54,795 nucleotides of DNA, from assembly GCA_040954595.2 (NCBI GenBank), contig CM082591.2, positions 9,048,717-9,103,511 on the forward strand, given 5' to 3'. Below are positions 24,969-38,500 of this stretch, in pieces. Both the position numbers and the translations under genes were made by a program. The notes beneath the pieces were generated by a model that worked only from the letters and a program-made list of their open reading frames with translations, did not search any database and was not told where the DNA came from. Source of the DNA: Balanoglossus misakiensis. Lineage: Eukaryota; Animalia; Hemichordata. The first letter of the stretch is position 1; each line of letters begins with the position of its first letter.

Positions 24969-26918
24969 ATGGCGGCAGCTAGGAGAAGGTAAGTATCGTC
25001 TATATCAACGCATTTTATTGTATTTTCTGCAGCGAGGATAAACTTTTGGTGTAGTAGGGTCCTGTAGTATGAATGTAATGGAGAGATGGCGGTCTGGCAT
25101 GAAAATAACACATTTGAAAGAAATAGGAAGCATACGTAGGTCGAGTACGATGTAGTGATTTCCCATCTCAAAAATGTTCAATATCTTACTTTTATGTGAG
25201 TTTTTTCGAGTATCCATTTTCCCTGCAATGAGTGATTGTGCTCTGTCCTCGACCTTTAATTCCAATGGAGTTTCTCAAGTTTATCCTCAGGATACGACAG
25301 TAAATGCATACTATGTGTATAATTTTCTCTTACACTTACAGGCGTAGACGTGAAGAAATCACTGAGGCCCTTTTAATTTGGGATGAAGAACAGGACGACG
25401 TTGAGATGTTGTTGATCGACACGTTTGCGAATGGGCGAGATTTGAATAACGCTCCAGTTGATCTTGATTTATTTTCAGATGATGAGTGTTTCGAATTTTT
25501 CAGGTAGGCAAGAATGATGTTGATGTATTATTCAACATTGTTTACAAAAAAATTCATAGTTATTTCACTAAAAATACTAAAAAAAGAAATGGAATACTAC
25601 ACTTTTTAAACCTATTTTTCTTTCCAAAATTACAGATTTGCAAAGCAGGACCTGATCCGCTTACACGATGCACTCTCTCTTCCGGAAAAGATAGTTGGTT
25701 TTAATGAATCCACAGCAACAAGCATGGAGGCATTACTTATTCTACTGCGCCGACTCTCATATCCTAATCGCTGGTGTGATCTAGTACATTTCTTTCAAAG
25801 AGACGAGCCAGAATTGAGTATAATTTTCAATACGGTAAGTAATTTTGTTGTTAATGTATCATTTTTTATATTGTTAATACATGTTATATGTTCCTGCAAT
25901 TTTGTACTAAATAATCAGTACATAGTAATTTCTTATCACTTGAATGACATATTTACACTCTATATGTAAAAAGACAATCTAAAGAATGACACTGGATCGA
26001 ATAACAAATTGCCAGGACGTATGTATGTGTTGTTTAACACTAAGGTTAAATATGTGACTTCACAGACTTATTTCAAATCTGTTTGGGTGTGTTGTTTTAT
26101 GCAGATTGCAGAACATATCCATAGAGAGTTTGGTCACCTCCTTACAAATCTAGACTTGGCGTGGATTGATCCAGTGGCATTTTCTGCTGCAATCATTAAC
26201 AAGGGAGCCCCACTGGATAATTGTTGGGGATTTATTGATGGGACCGCCAGACCTATTTCCAGACCATGTCATGGCCAAAAAGTTGTGTTTTCTGGCCACT
26301 GTCTTAAATTTCAGGTAAGGAATATCCTTTTCTCTATCCAGGGAGTATTTGACTATTTGAACTGAATTCTGACCCAGTCTGTTTTGCATTAGTCAAGGGT
26401 TGAATATTGATGGCTTCATTCATAACTGAAAGATTTTGTCCTTTATTCCTTTGCAGTCGATTCAAACCCCCTGCGGACTTGTCGCCCATATGTTTGGGCC
26501 GATTGAGGGAAGTCGGCACGATGCATACATGCTGGCAGAGAGTGGAGTGCTACCAGGGTTAGAGCAGATCCAACACAATGGTGTAGTGATGTGTGTATAT
26601 GGCGATCCTGCATATCCTCTTCGGCCTGAGTTAATGGGACCATTTAAGGGGGCAAATTTAAATGAACAACAAAATAATTTCAATAAAGCAATGTCTGAAG
26701 TTCACACTTGTGGTGAATGGGGGTTTGGGAAAATAGTATCTTTGTTTGCGTTTCTTGATTTTAAGAAAAATCAGAAGCTTTATTTACAACCGGTGGGGGT
26801 TTATTTTCTTGTTGCAACCATTTTATGTAATTGTCATACCTGTCTCTATGGCAGTGAAACAGGCATTCATTTTAACCTGGAACCTCCTACTCTGGAAAAT
26901 TACCTTGGTAACCATTGA
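24969..26918 (+). CDS. Five-exon Harbinger DDE transposase (exons 24969-24988, 25342-25503, 25636-25834, 26105-26314, 26457-26918), probably defective
   Basis: GT-AG junctions join in frame: FFRFAKQDL, EALLILLRRLSYPNRWCDL, NCWGFIDGT, GSRHDA, VYGDPAYP, GEWGFG. FSGH-CLKFQ seems to lack the usual KRxH, and the R..VE motif is altered to HTCGE. Confidence 0.82.
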
Positions 26919-27234
26919 AGCGTTGAAGTGTTTTGAAGTTGTGTTAGAGTTGAATAATAAAGATTTACAATTTTAATATCCTTTTTCAACTATGTTGGTT
27001 TCTTTGAGTTCTAACTCTCCCTTATAGCACACTCATAAACAAAACACGATCTCATTCACTAAAGCACATTGAAGTAAATAAACAGTAAATTTTAATTTTT
27101 CATTGGACTTTTTCAAAAATTGTAGAAATTTACAACTGTACTGAAAAAAAAAATGGCCATTTTGTCAAATATTATCCGGAAATACTATCAGGCAACATTG
27201 TTTATATGGTGGGTGATTAGAAAATTATTTTGTT

Positions 27235-27375
27235 AAAATTTAAATAATATACCACAAATTTCTGTTAAAACAACAATATTTTGGTAAAATTTAAATATAC
27301 AACAAATTTCTGTTAAAACAACAATATTTTGGTATAATTTAAATATACAACAAATTTCTGTTAAAACAACAATAT
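27235..27375 (+). repeat. 48 bp AT-rich minisatellite, about 3 units
   Basis: CAAATTTCTGTTAAAACAACAATATT starts at 27255, 27303 and 27351. Confidence 0.9.
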
Positions 27376-27422
27376 TAAACTGTGAACAAAATTATAAACT
27401 GTTTCGAATAAAATACATGTCT

Positions 27423-28727
27423 TTAATTTCTTTTGGCAAGCTGCTCTAGCATTTTCATTTGGATTTCTAACTGTCTCTCCTGTAGGGCAATCCGTCTCTT
27501 CTCAACCTCCAGTGCATCCTGCTTATATTTAATTTCCGCCTCGTGCTTTTGTTGAAGGTATGTGAAGAGATCTGCCTTGGATGTTGTGTTGGCTTTTCGT
27601 CTTTTCTCTATATTAGACATTTAAAGAAATGAAATACTGTAAAAAAATGTGAACAAATTTGGAATCAAGTCTGTAATCAGTAAATATTTCATTGTTGTGT
27701 GACGCTGGTACAGGTTTGTATCATGTGCCTTGGAAATCAGACGTGTTAAATGGTCTGCTTTTTAATTTACACACAAATATGTCCATATTCATTGCTCTAA
27801 TTTTTTCTGAAAATGTTATTACGCTGAAATCTGCATCAGACCTGGTAAATTCAACACTGACACATCACTGTTCATACACCAGTGTTTCAGTGTTGTCTTC
27901 ACAGCAATAGATGCTGTCATATAAACATCACTGTATACACACCTGTGATAACAGGCTTGATTCAGACCTGTCCATACATGTCACCCTCTGATATCTGACC
28001 AATTTTGCAGGTCCTGCAATAGAGGTCATTTCTCAGAGACTGTTACAGATCTGATCAGACCTGTTATAGGCATGTTCTGAAATTTGCCTGTGGATTTCTA
28101 GCTGTGGTCCTGATGACCTTAGTAATACCTTTTGGATCCTTATTTTCTGCTGGTGTCATTCTTTTCATGGCAGTTTCCCTGATGGCAAGTGCTTGCTGTC
28201 TTTGTTCGTGTTTTTTCTTTGATGCAACAGCCTCATTTGTTGTACTTGCTGAATTGCTTTCAACATAGGACACAATTTCTTGACACAATTGTCAATTAAT
28301 TGTATTGCTCTTCCGTACCAGATCTGTGAAGAATGAATGAATGAATGAATGAATGAATGAATGAATGAATGAATGACAGAAAACATTAAATTCTAAGCTC
28401 AATTAGCTATAACGTTTTATTTCTTTTTTTTTCATCTGTAATTTAAAGGGGCACATTTAAACTTCACTATCAATGCTTCATCACTTACTTTTTCATTGCC
28501 TTCTTGTCATTTTCCTTGAACTTTGTTAGCAGCAAGTCTGCATGCTCCCTGACCGCTCTGGTTGTTATTTTTTGCCTGCCATCCTCCCAACTCCAATGTG
28601 TCATCAGAGTGTTTGCAATTTCTTGCCACTCAGCTGTAGTATCAGGCCTACGTGCCACCACCTCTTTCAACAACTCAACATCTTGTTGAACAGACCAACG
28701 TAAAACAGTTCTCTTTGGTGCTGTCAT
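27423..28727 (-). pseudogene. Spliced Myb/SANT-like accessory gene of Harbinger 2
   Basis: Exon 1 LRWSVQQDVELLKEV..AEWQEIA..KKAMK. Exon 2 SGTEEQYN* has a stop and frameshift before CQEIV..AIRETAMKRM. The last exon is a coiled coil, DLFTYLQQKHEAE..KRRIALQERQLE. Confidence 0.78.
28331..28375 (+). repeat. (GAAT)n microsatellite in intron of the Myb-like gene
   Basis: About 11 GAAT units. Confidence 0.95.
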
Positions 28728-29432
28728 CTCTTGCTGATTACACTACAATCAATAGTAAAAGATCCCAGTTTGGAATGTATTATCAATCTAGTATCAGATT
28801 GCGCGCTTTGTAATCTTTTTGTAACGTTGTTATTTTTTATTGCTAGAATGACGGACCACACACAGTGAAAAGGTAATGGTCCACGGCACACACAAAAAAT
28901 ACGATGGTCCCGGACCTCGCAGAAAAGATAGAAACTAAAAATCTGTCAGAAAAGTACTATCAGACACAGCTATAAATTAAACAGCATGCATAGTTAAAAC
29001 AATTTAGGCTGGTGACTGTGTGTGTAATGGCTTATTTCTGCTGGTCGTGAATGTTGCTTCTGTGTTCGACCGGCGGTGGCAACAACATCCAGTGCAAAGA
29101 TGCCCGCGCCCGGCCGATAGGTCGGCCGCTACGCTGGTGATGAATTTGTGTTATTTTTAGGTAAAATGTTTCAAATATCAGTCAACAAATGACACCAGTT
29201 CGTCAAGCGATACAAAAAGCAAGAAATAGGACCACACACTTTGAGGTTACTGTTAAAATAAAACTAAGAATTGTTCTCGGAATCGACATACGAGAGACTT
29301 ACCTGTTTCACGTACAACACGACTGGCAGACGACAGGCGAACGTGTGATGTCATCGAATTACGGGATAGGCACGCAAAAAATGATGACGTATCCGTATAC
29401 GTTCCGTTCACGTACGCAATCTTAATCTCTCT

Positions 29433-30500
29433 TATGATGTTCGGTGTTTCCAATACAGATGTCGACAGATAGGTCACTTACAAATAAACTGCCCTGATAT
29501 TGATACAGAATTAGGAGAAGAAATCATTAAAAATGTTCAAGTTGAGCAGAGACATGAAGGTGGAGATGAAAAAAAAAACCTGTTATGTCACCTATTGATT
29601 TAAATACAAGAGGAAACAAAAAACATATTCTGATAAGGCAACTGACAATGACGACGACGGAATGGACAAAACTGATGAAATTAGTGAGCGATACCGGATG
29701 CTGCGACCCAATACCTTGTAGAGGAGACGGTTCGAACCTTTCCTTTATCATTGCCCTTTGAACCTGTTTTTCATCAGCCCCAGGGTATCCCCTTCTACCA
29801 GTAGAACCCCGCCTTTCTCTTTGGAGCTTTCGAGTTCCACAATTCCAGGTAAGTCAACTCTTTGTAGAGAAGAATATAGTATAGAGAATAGCTACGAAGA
29901 TGACAATAAGTGTGATGATAACAACTCTTTTGCTTCTGATTTTTCTGACACATTACAACTGATCATCAAGGTCCATCAACTAACACCATTGAAGATTTCC
30001 TTTTGGACACTATGTATTACATACCAATCATTCAGAGATCTATTAAATTTTGCCCAAATTTAAAGGTGTTAAGCTGTGCATTGCGCAATTACCATAAGAC
30101 TCAGTCACTTTCAGTTTCACAGAAAACAACAATATACAGAACTTATTGCACAATTATTCGGCACAACAAAAATACTGGTAAAGTACTTATCTCTTGTCTT
30201 TTAATGGATGTAAGAGCTGATAGAAATTTTCTTAAGAGAGTATTAATATCTAAAAGCTGATTTTTTTGCTTCAGGAAACACATACAATTCCTGGTAATGA
30301 GAACAACTGGCATCTTGTTTGGAAAGGGACGGACATTTTATCCCATATCACGTCTAATTAGGGTGGCGTGGCAACTCTTTTTTCACCTTAACCCAGAGGG
30401 AATTGGTCAATGCCCACATTTTGCATATTCATATTAGGATTAATTGTAGCCCAGTTCATATCATTAATGTTTTTCACCTTTAAAAATAGATATTTTATTG
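29433..30500 (+). pseudogene. Highly decayed Tx1-type LINE (ORF1 zinc knuckle, ORF2 endonuclease start); target of Harbinger 2
   Basis: VRCFQYRCRQIGHLQINCP immediately after the right TIR. FLLQETH near 30270, GGVATLFS near 30360, LHIHIRIN..HIINVF near 30420-30470. Confidence 0.6.
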
Positions 30501-30558
30501 CAAAGAGAATTGGTCAAAGGCCACCTTTTGCGTATTCACGTTAGGATAAATTGTAGAC

Positions 30559-31478
30559 TCTCTCACAGCCCACGGTTCGCTACGTGCCCTCAACCGTTTG
30601 GCAAGGGAGAAGCACCGTTTGGTGTTGTGTAGCTAAACTTAGGGCTGTTAACACGTATTTTTTAAAATATATTTTCGATTTTTCTGATTGGCTAAGCCTC
30701 TGAGCACATTGGCAAGATTCCTGCCCGATGTGATGGAAGGGGTTTCCTGAGTACCAAGATTGACAGATCTGCTCTAGCCAGTATGGGTAAACATGATAAC
30801 AGCTGTACACTAGTTAAAATCCCCTTGAGACAAACAAGTCTCCTTTTTATCCAAACAACATAACTTTCTTACCAGATAAAAGACAGTGGTGGGTTTACAC
30901 TAGATAAAGACAACTACATAAGTTCTATTCATGAAATGTAAAAGAATAAAACAATATTGTGAGGGTTAGTCTACCATGGACATGTAGACAGGATGAACCC
31001 CAATGAAACCAACCGCTTCTTTATTTCACTGTACGGTACAAAGTGCTACCAGGTTATGTCCAAACTTAATCACAAGCAGTAGATTAATATGGCAAAATTA
31101 GACAGGTTATGCCAAACTTGGTCTCTACAACTGCCGATTTTACATTGATTTTTTTTTGCAAATTTGACAGTCTTATGAATCTGCTGTAAGCTAAACATTG
31201 ATGAGTGAAAGAGATCGTTTACAAGTGTTTACAGCAATAGATTGCATTGTTATATAATGTAAGTGAAACTAGTATCTGATTAACCATGGGGAGTCTGCAA
31301 TCATAGACAGTATAAATGCTTTGGATCTTGTAAACAGAAAGGTCAATCTCGAGAGCATGGACCAATGGCAGAGAAAATGTAAAATCCAGGGCGGGATGTG
31401 GATTAGTCAATCGAAAAATCGAAAATAAAATAGAAAAAAATAGTGATAACAGCCCCTCTCGGCGGGCACACATGCAAT
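30559..31478. mobile_element. Putative ~920 bp non-autonomous DNA element with subterminal inverted repeats
   Basis: Interrupts the second copy of a ~110 bp diverged local duplication. GGGCTGTTAACAC..TTTTCGATTTTTCTGATTGGCTAA (30642-30695) is inverted at 31403-31456. Ends and TSD are unresolved. Confidence 0.45.
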
Positions 31479-31580
31479 CAGTCCATATCATTAATGTTTT
31501 TCACCTTAACAAAAAAAGATAGATACCAGGCTCCGTTAGTAATTCATCAATGTCTATTTGCATTTCACCCTGTAATCCCA

Positions 31581-33539
31581 TTTTTTTTTATTGTTATTAT
31601 TATTATTTCTTTAATACATGTCAATGAATTATTTGCATACAGCTTTGTAATAGTAATTCATGTAAAGAGGCTGATGGAAAATACATGTAGTATTCATGGA
31701 CAAATATATCTTTTTAAGACATCAGTGCCATAAAGCCTTGCCATTCATTATTGGCGATTACGCTATTAATTTCGTTCTCAACTTTTATCCTCAATATCAA
31801 TTCTTCTTGAAACAGAGAAAAAATACAGAATTTTTTTAAAGTATACGTGGTCTTGTTTTGACAGATTAACCAAGATTTCTAAATTGAAAACATTGCAATT
31901 ACAATGACGTGGTTGACAGAGTTATCAAAATCAGTTTTTCCAAATATCAAGTCCTTAAAGGCCAGGTTGACTACGACCCCCTTACAAATATAAATCAAAT
32001 TACAGACCTTATTCCAGAAATTTTAAGGCGCTGGCAATCCCAAAACATGTGTTTCTGGGTTCCGGCTATGTTACATACTCTACATAAGTTTGTATTTGAA
32101 ATTTTCCATTTCTGTAAATTATGCTGATTTGGTAAAATACAATGCAGGAATTTGTACATGAAGGCACAAAGTCGTCGTTCGTTTGTTAAGCCGATAGTTC
32201 TTGAAATCCAATCCACATTCGAATCGAACAATCTATTCCACATTTGTGTGACCCAAGGCCACACAAATTTCTTGTTGATTAAGATCCTGTAATAATCTTT
32301 GACCTTAATTTTATCAACCGGATAGATTTGGTCACTATCCTCTGATATTCGGACAAAACAGTTACATGGCGATTGAAAATTAACATTTTGACTAACAATA
32401 GTATTGCCAAAGTTGGTACAATGTGCTTTCCACAGAGTTGGGATTGCACTAATCAATTGAAACAGCTCTGAAACCCAATTTGCCCGTCTATCAAGTTTTT
32501 CGTAAATTCCCTCTATATCAAAACCCCTATTATTTACAAGATCTTTAAAGCGTACGATTCCCACATCAACCCAATTGCGAAAGAAAAGGGTTTTACCCTT
32601 AAATGATATATGTTTGTTACACCACAAAACCTGATTTAAGATAGATTGTGGATCATTAATTGGAGTGTTTCCTCCACCACACTCATGCCAGGCAAGTACA
32701 ACCTCTCTGTAAAACTTTGGCAAAGTAACAAAGCACTGACAATGTCTTGTCTCAGTGAAGTTCATAAAAAATATGACATCAGCAATTCCATCTTTATATA
32801 AATAATGATAAGGGATCAACTTCCATGAGGGCAGCAGAATATTAACTGGTTCTGAAAGCAGGCGATTTACCCATGATGCTTTCAGGGGTTTGTTCTGGCA
32901 GAACACATCAGGTGCATTAATTCCACCTTGGGAATAATCACCAATGATTGTGCACCGCCTAATTTTATCAATTTTGGAACCCCAGATAAAGGAGGCAAAA
33001 AGTCTGTCTAGTTTGACAAGTACATCATGCGAAACAGTACAAAGATTGAAAACATACGTAAATCTGGAAGCTATTAATGCCTTCAACACAATAACTTTAC
33101 CATAGACCGTCAGATTTATAGAGGACCATAACTTCAAAATATTCTCAATTGGCGCAAAACGTGTATCAATATTGAGTTTTAAAGCACACTCAATATCGGT
33201 ATCAAAGTAAACACCCAAGGACTTTATTGGCCTATCTGGCCAACTAATATTGCCAATTTTCTTCTTTCTTTTTTTCCATTTCCCTACCCAAAGGCCTTCA
33301 GTTTTTGTTTTGTTTAGTACAGGCCCAGCAACTCTGCTGAATTCATTTACAATGTAGAGCGCTTTTAGAACAGACTCTTCGTTTGACACGAATATCGTAG
33401 TGTCATCTGCCACTTGGCATATTTTTATCTCTCTTTCAAGGATATTTCCAACTTTTACATTTATACCATGCATATCTTTTTCAGCTCTTATTTTAACAGC
33501 TAGTACCTCTACTACCAATAAAAATAACAAGGCCGATAA
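31581..33539 (-). mobile_element. 5'-truncated Tx1/L1-type LINE: RT C-terminal half + zf-RVT (open frame 31995-33530)
   Basis: LSALLFLLVVEVLA, ICQVADDTT, LNKTKTEGLW, IKSLGV, GKVIVLK, QGGINAPD, LWCNKHI, CRVCNIAGTQKHMFWDC. A-rich tail (T run at 31581-31589). Confidence 0.9.
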
Positions 33540-34377
33540 CCATTGGTTAAAACTTTTTCAGGTAAATTGATCAAACAAATTCTGGCGATCTTTGTGTGTT
33601 CCATATTCCTACAGTGATATTAAAACGGCTGCAGACTTCTCTTAAAAGTTCTTGTCGAAACGTCCTGCAGTAATATAGTATTGAACGCTAATGCTGCCAA
33701 TGCCCTGGGTAAAAAAATAATTGCGCTTTAAAACAGACTTGGGGTAGACCATTTTCCAAGTAAGGGATCATAGATGATTGATTATGAGGTCGGCTTCCCA
33801 ACCGTGACCCTTCTGTGAGGCGCAGTGTATTTTTCATAGTCCACCAACGCGTCAAGTCGTATGCAAATTGAACGCACTCGTATAGCCCCTCCCCAATCAA
33901 GAAGGGAAATGAGGCTAATAAACTATTATTATTGATATTGTCGGTGTTGTTTGTTGATGTTACTATCATTACTTTTGCATCATGTTATAATTAGCTTGGC
34001 ATCTTTTCTTCTTTGTTTGAATATGGCTAGAACAGCCCTGGCCTTAAGAGCTATTTTTTCCAAGTTCTCACCCCATCTCTCCACTAACCAATAGTTCACC
34101 CCTTTCTAAACATTTATCAAGCGCATGATGATGGTTTCTTTAATTAATTTCATTGACTGCATCCGAAGGCGCCAAATAGTTGCATTCGCTACATTGAAAT
34201 GTGACAACTTAGCTAGAGGCTCCCTAAAGCGCAATTAAGTATTAACCCAGGGCATTGGCACCATTACCGTTCAATACTATATTACTGCAGGACGTTTCGA
34301 CAAAAAAACTTAATGGAAGTCTTCAGCCGTTTTAATGTGTCCGCAGGAATATGCAACTCCAAAAGATCGTCAGCTTT

Positions 34378-34582
34378 TGTGATGATTTTGGGGGGACTAC
34401 ATTTTGTGCGCCCATGTATACTTGATAGTAAACTGTTACCACTTTACGTGCGGAGAGATATATTGTAGTTTTCGATGTAGTTTCTAGACTGATGGCCGTC
34501 TTGCAATAAAGTTCAGTGTTCCGTTCCAAACTTCATCGTAGTGTTCTGTGCTACCCCCTTGGAGAAAGAGGAGAACATTACT
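34378..34582 (+). repeat. 5' LTR (~205 bp)
   Basis: Begins TGTGATG after the TSD, has AATAAA at 34505, and ends CCCTTGGAGAAAGAGGAGAACATTAC, which recurs at 39969-39995. Confidence 0.85.
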
Positions 34583-34583
34583 T

Positions 34584-34601
34584 TGGTGGCAGCGGTGGGA
34601 T
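34584..34601 (+). promoter_or_regulatory. Primer-binding site, tRNA-Leu-like
   Basis: TGGTGGCAGCGGTGGGAT directly after the LTR. TGG complements the tRNA CCA end; the Leu identity is from recall of eukaryotic tRNA-Leu 3' ends. Confidence 0.8.
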
Positions 34602-35584
34602 ATGTCGTGGTAGGAGAGTGCCAGTGTCATATCTGAAAACGGACCCAAGAGGAATCCAACTCTTTCATCGAAGAGGCAAGTTTGCTGAGTCACTGTAGTA
34701 AAAGTGAAAATTGAGCGCGGATTCTGAGAATCGAGTCACGGAGCCAACTGAGTCGACGGACTGACGCATTGGTTTGTTGCTGTGAGTAACTTTTGTGACT
34801 GAGAATCGTGTTCAGGCAGCTTGTGAATATTCCTGAGTCTAAAAACTGTGAACTGGAACTGAGATCGGAACGGACAGGGTGAATTAAAAACTCATCAAGA
34901 CTGTGATCTGATACTCGAACGCGTGTGCAGTCTGTAATCAGCGGTCAACGATAAACTGTTTTGGAGATCGCACTGTGAGCTGAGCAGCGCAGAAAACTCC
35001 ATCCCAGCTACGTTGAAGAAATAATTAGAGACTCTGAGCAAGGTAAATAACTTTTAGACACTTGTAAGTCGTAAAGTTTGCAAATGTTGAAGCAACAGTG
35101 ACTTCCACCACGTTTAACAGTGAGGGCCCAATCAAGGTTTAGCGTGTATTAGCCTTGGGTGCCTCCCGTACGTTACTGTGAGCAGTTGGAGAAAAACCTG
35201 CATGGTGTGCCCCCGTCAGCGGAACTCCGCAGCGAACTTCACTTGAGTCTACAGTGCGAGGGGCCAGTTAGGGTTGTGTGCGTATCAACCCTGGTGCCTC
35301 GTGTGTATTACTGTATACTGGTGTAGAAAATACCTGCATGGTGTGCCCCCCGTATATGAACCAGGCCGTTTGGTGTTGCATCGAGAGGTGCATGAAGTGA
35401 AGCTGAAAGCTATTGGCATAGCTTGACTACGGAGAAGACAAGACAGAAGGAATTCGAGATTTTGCTGTGAATTTTGACTGTTTTTCCAGTGAACAATAAA
35501 CATTGTTTTGATACCTGACATTGGTAAATAGACCATACATTTTTAGTACTGCATAAATTGGGTGAAACCTTGGAAAAAGCCAAG

Positions 35585-38500
35585 ATGAGTGAAGAAAGGC
35601 AAGCAGATGATCAGAATGCTGCTGAAGCACTTGTACAACTTGGAGAAGAGGCCACCCCGCCACCCAATCAAGAGATGTTGCAACTTGAAAGGGAACGGCG
35701 TGAACATGAGCGTTTCATCAGAGAGATGGACGAGAGACAGCAAAGGCAACATGAACAATTCATCAGAGAGATGGATGAAAGGCAGCAAAGGCAGAATCAG
35801 GAAATGCTGAAACAGAATCAGGAATTCTAGTTTGAACTGTTGCGTTTACAGGCCCAGCTTGCTAATGCTGCAAAGTCTGAGTACAAGGGACCGAAAGTGC
35901 CGAAGTTCACTGAGGGTGAAGATATTGATGCTTACCTGCGAACTTTTGAGAAGTTAGCCAAGGTACATGAATGGCCTGAGACAACATTGGCTACCCGATT
36001 GGCTGGACTTTTGTCTGGAAAGGCACTTGACGTGTACTGAAAGCGAAGATTACAAGATGGTTCGCAAGGCAATCTTGAAACGATATGAACTTACCGGTGA
36101 AGCGTATCGCTCCAAGTTTAGAGCCACAAGAAAGCAGAGAGAAGATAGTTATGGTGAATTGAAAACCATTCTCTCTGGTTTTCTGGACCGTTGGCTAGAA
36201 ACGGTCGAAGTCGACAGTTTTGACAAACTGAAAGACTTGATATTAGTAGAGCAACTACTAGAGATGTCCCCACCGTACCTGCAAGTGTGGCTGAGGAAAA
36301 AGAAACCGAAGAATTCAGCAGAATTGATAGAGATGGCTGATCATTATTTGGAGACGCACAAGAGAAGTGATCGCTACAATGGCCGTCCTTCTGATGATAA
36401 GAAGCAACCCAGTCCAGAAAAGCAACCTGGTGCAGTAAAGCAGCCTGGTCCAGTGAGAGACAAGGCCGGATCACCGCAAGGGAAACCAAAGAGTATTTTC
36501 ACATGCTACTCTTGCAACCAACCTGGACATAATGACAGCAAGTGTCCGAACAAGAATGTCAGTGAGGAGAGACAGAAAGCTTTTAGATGCCGTGTCCAGC
36601 AGATGGTGCCTGGTAGTAATGGCTGCCATGGTAAGCCCAAAAGCCATGGTAATTGTCATCGCTATCCTGATATGGTAGATGGTGAAAGTGCCTGTATCCT
36701 GAGAGACACTGGTTGCGATCAGACCATTGTACGCTCAGCACTTGTATCTCCAGATGCGTATGTAGAAGATCAGTTCGTCAACATTGAATTTGCTGATGGT
36801 AGCACTAGGCTACTCTCCATGGCTGTCGTCCGTATACACTGCCAGTGTTATGATGGTGAGATCTTGGCTGCTGTGTTGGACACATTGCCAGAAAACGTCC
36901 TGTTGGGTAATGATATTAAAGAAACCGACGATGCTGATATGTGCAAGCCAGCGTTCATCGTTATTCGTCGGCAGGCGAAACTGAAGCAGAAACGGCTTCA
37001 AGACGAACTGATTGATATTGCCAGAATTGGTGTGCAACCAAAGCCAGTTGAACTTGATGTTGCACCTTTGGGTAGACAACGCTGTACCAATGATACTACG
37101 GCTGTTGCAGAAATTTCACAAGAAAGTGAAGACCCATCGGCTGAACATGTGTTGTCTGTAGTGGTAGACAAAGAAGTGCAGACAGCGGAACCAGAAGAAA
37201 TACCTGAAGTGAATCAGTCTGTATCTGAGGACGGTGAACAACAGATTGACATTAGTGACAACAATATGTCTGTGTCTGAAGATGCCGAACCACAGGTCGA
37301 CAGTGGTGATAATGAGCTACAGGTAGACAGCAGTAATGTCAGTGGTGACCCGATTCCAGATGATGTTACTGATGTACAGACTCCTGAAAATGAAGGAGAG
37401 ATTGATGTATTCGACATCTAGCCAGAGAAGCTGAGAGAATTGCAGAGTAGTTGTTCTACTTTGAGAGGACCATGCAATTTGACAGTTTCAGCTAGCCAAG
37501 TACCAGATGAAGACATATGCTTCTACTGGAAAGATGGTTTCCTGTATCGGAAGTGGACATCCAGAGTCAAGCCTGGTTGTGTACTGAAGCAGTTGGTGGT
37601 ACCACGACAGTGTCGCGCAACACTACTTCGCCTGGCTCATGATATACCTCTAGCCGGACACCTTGGGGTAGAGAAGACGAAGCGGAGCCTACTTCAGCAC
37701 TACTACTGGCCGGGAATCTTTCCAGATGTCGCCAAATATTGTCGTTCTTGTGAAGCTTGTCAGAAAGCAGCGACTAGAAAAGCTGGTATCAAGGCAAAAC
37801 TCACCCCTATGCCAGTGCTGGAAGAGCCAATTCAGCGGATTGCGATAGACATGATTGGACCGTTGCCTCGCACGTCGCGTGGTAATCGATATGTCTTCAC
37901 TATTTGCGATTATGCGACCAGATACCCTGAAGCTATACCTGTACCTACCTTAGAGGATGAACGGATAGCGGAAGAATTGGTAACTGTGTTTAGTTGGTAT
38001 ACCGCGCGAGATGCTGTCAGATCAGGGTACCAACTTCCTTTCCCATTTGATGGAAGATCTATGTCGGCTGTTGCATGTCAAGAATATAAAGACGACGCCA
38101 TATCACCCCATGGCCAATGGTCTTGTGGAAAACAGGAATTATACGTTGAAGTCCATGTTAAAGAAGTTCTCTGCAACCAATCCAGAAAGTTGGGACAGAT
38201 ATATCCCCTACTTGCTGTTCGAGTATAGAGATGTTCCACAGCAATCTACTGGTTTTTCCCCGTTCGAGCTACTGTATGGAGGCCAAGTCAGAGGACCGTT
38301 GGCACACATGCTTGAGACTTAGACAGGAGAGTTACCTGGTGAAGTAAACTTAGCGCAGTTTGTTATAGAAACTCGTGACCGATTGGCTGAGATGACATAT
38401 CTAGCCACAGAGAACTTGACAGTCGCTCAGAAGAAACAGAAAGTATGGTATGACAAAACTGCCAGAGAGCGAGAGTTCCAGATTGATGACAAGGTGCTTA

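Larger units (their letters stand above)
20514..26107 (+). repeat. Head-to-tail tandem duplication, 2 x 2797 bp
   Basis: All ORFs recur at +2797 (20737/23534, 21204/24001, 22927/25724). GCAG at 20514, 23311 and 26108. Only a handful of substitutions are visible. Confidence 0.97.
24718..29432. mobile_element. Harbinger 2: full-length but decayed PIF/Harbinger-superfamily transposon, 4715 bp, convergent two-gene layout
   Basis: TIR AGAGAGATTAAGAT(A/T)GC(A/G)TACGT...ACGTACGCAATCTTAATCTCTCT. Flanks AAT / TAT (one mismatch from a 3 bp duplication). Transposase on +, Myb-like gene on -. Confidence 0.88.

Noticed and set aside
33625-33670. Penelope-type minimal hammerhead ribozyme (CTG(C/A)AGAC..GTCGAAACGTC, also inverted near 34290-34330)
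   Set aside because: GAAACGTC is present, but the CUGANGA core cannot be formed together with a closed stem II, and stem I is only ~3 weak pairs. At most a degenerate relic.
35120-35352. Two ~140 bp direct repeats as LTRs
   Set aside because: They lie downstream of the PBS inside the gypsy 5' leader and lack TG..CA ends and a TSD; an internal tandem repeat.
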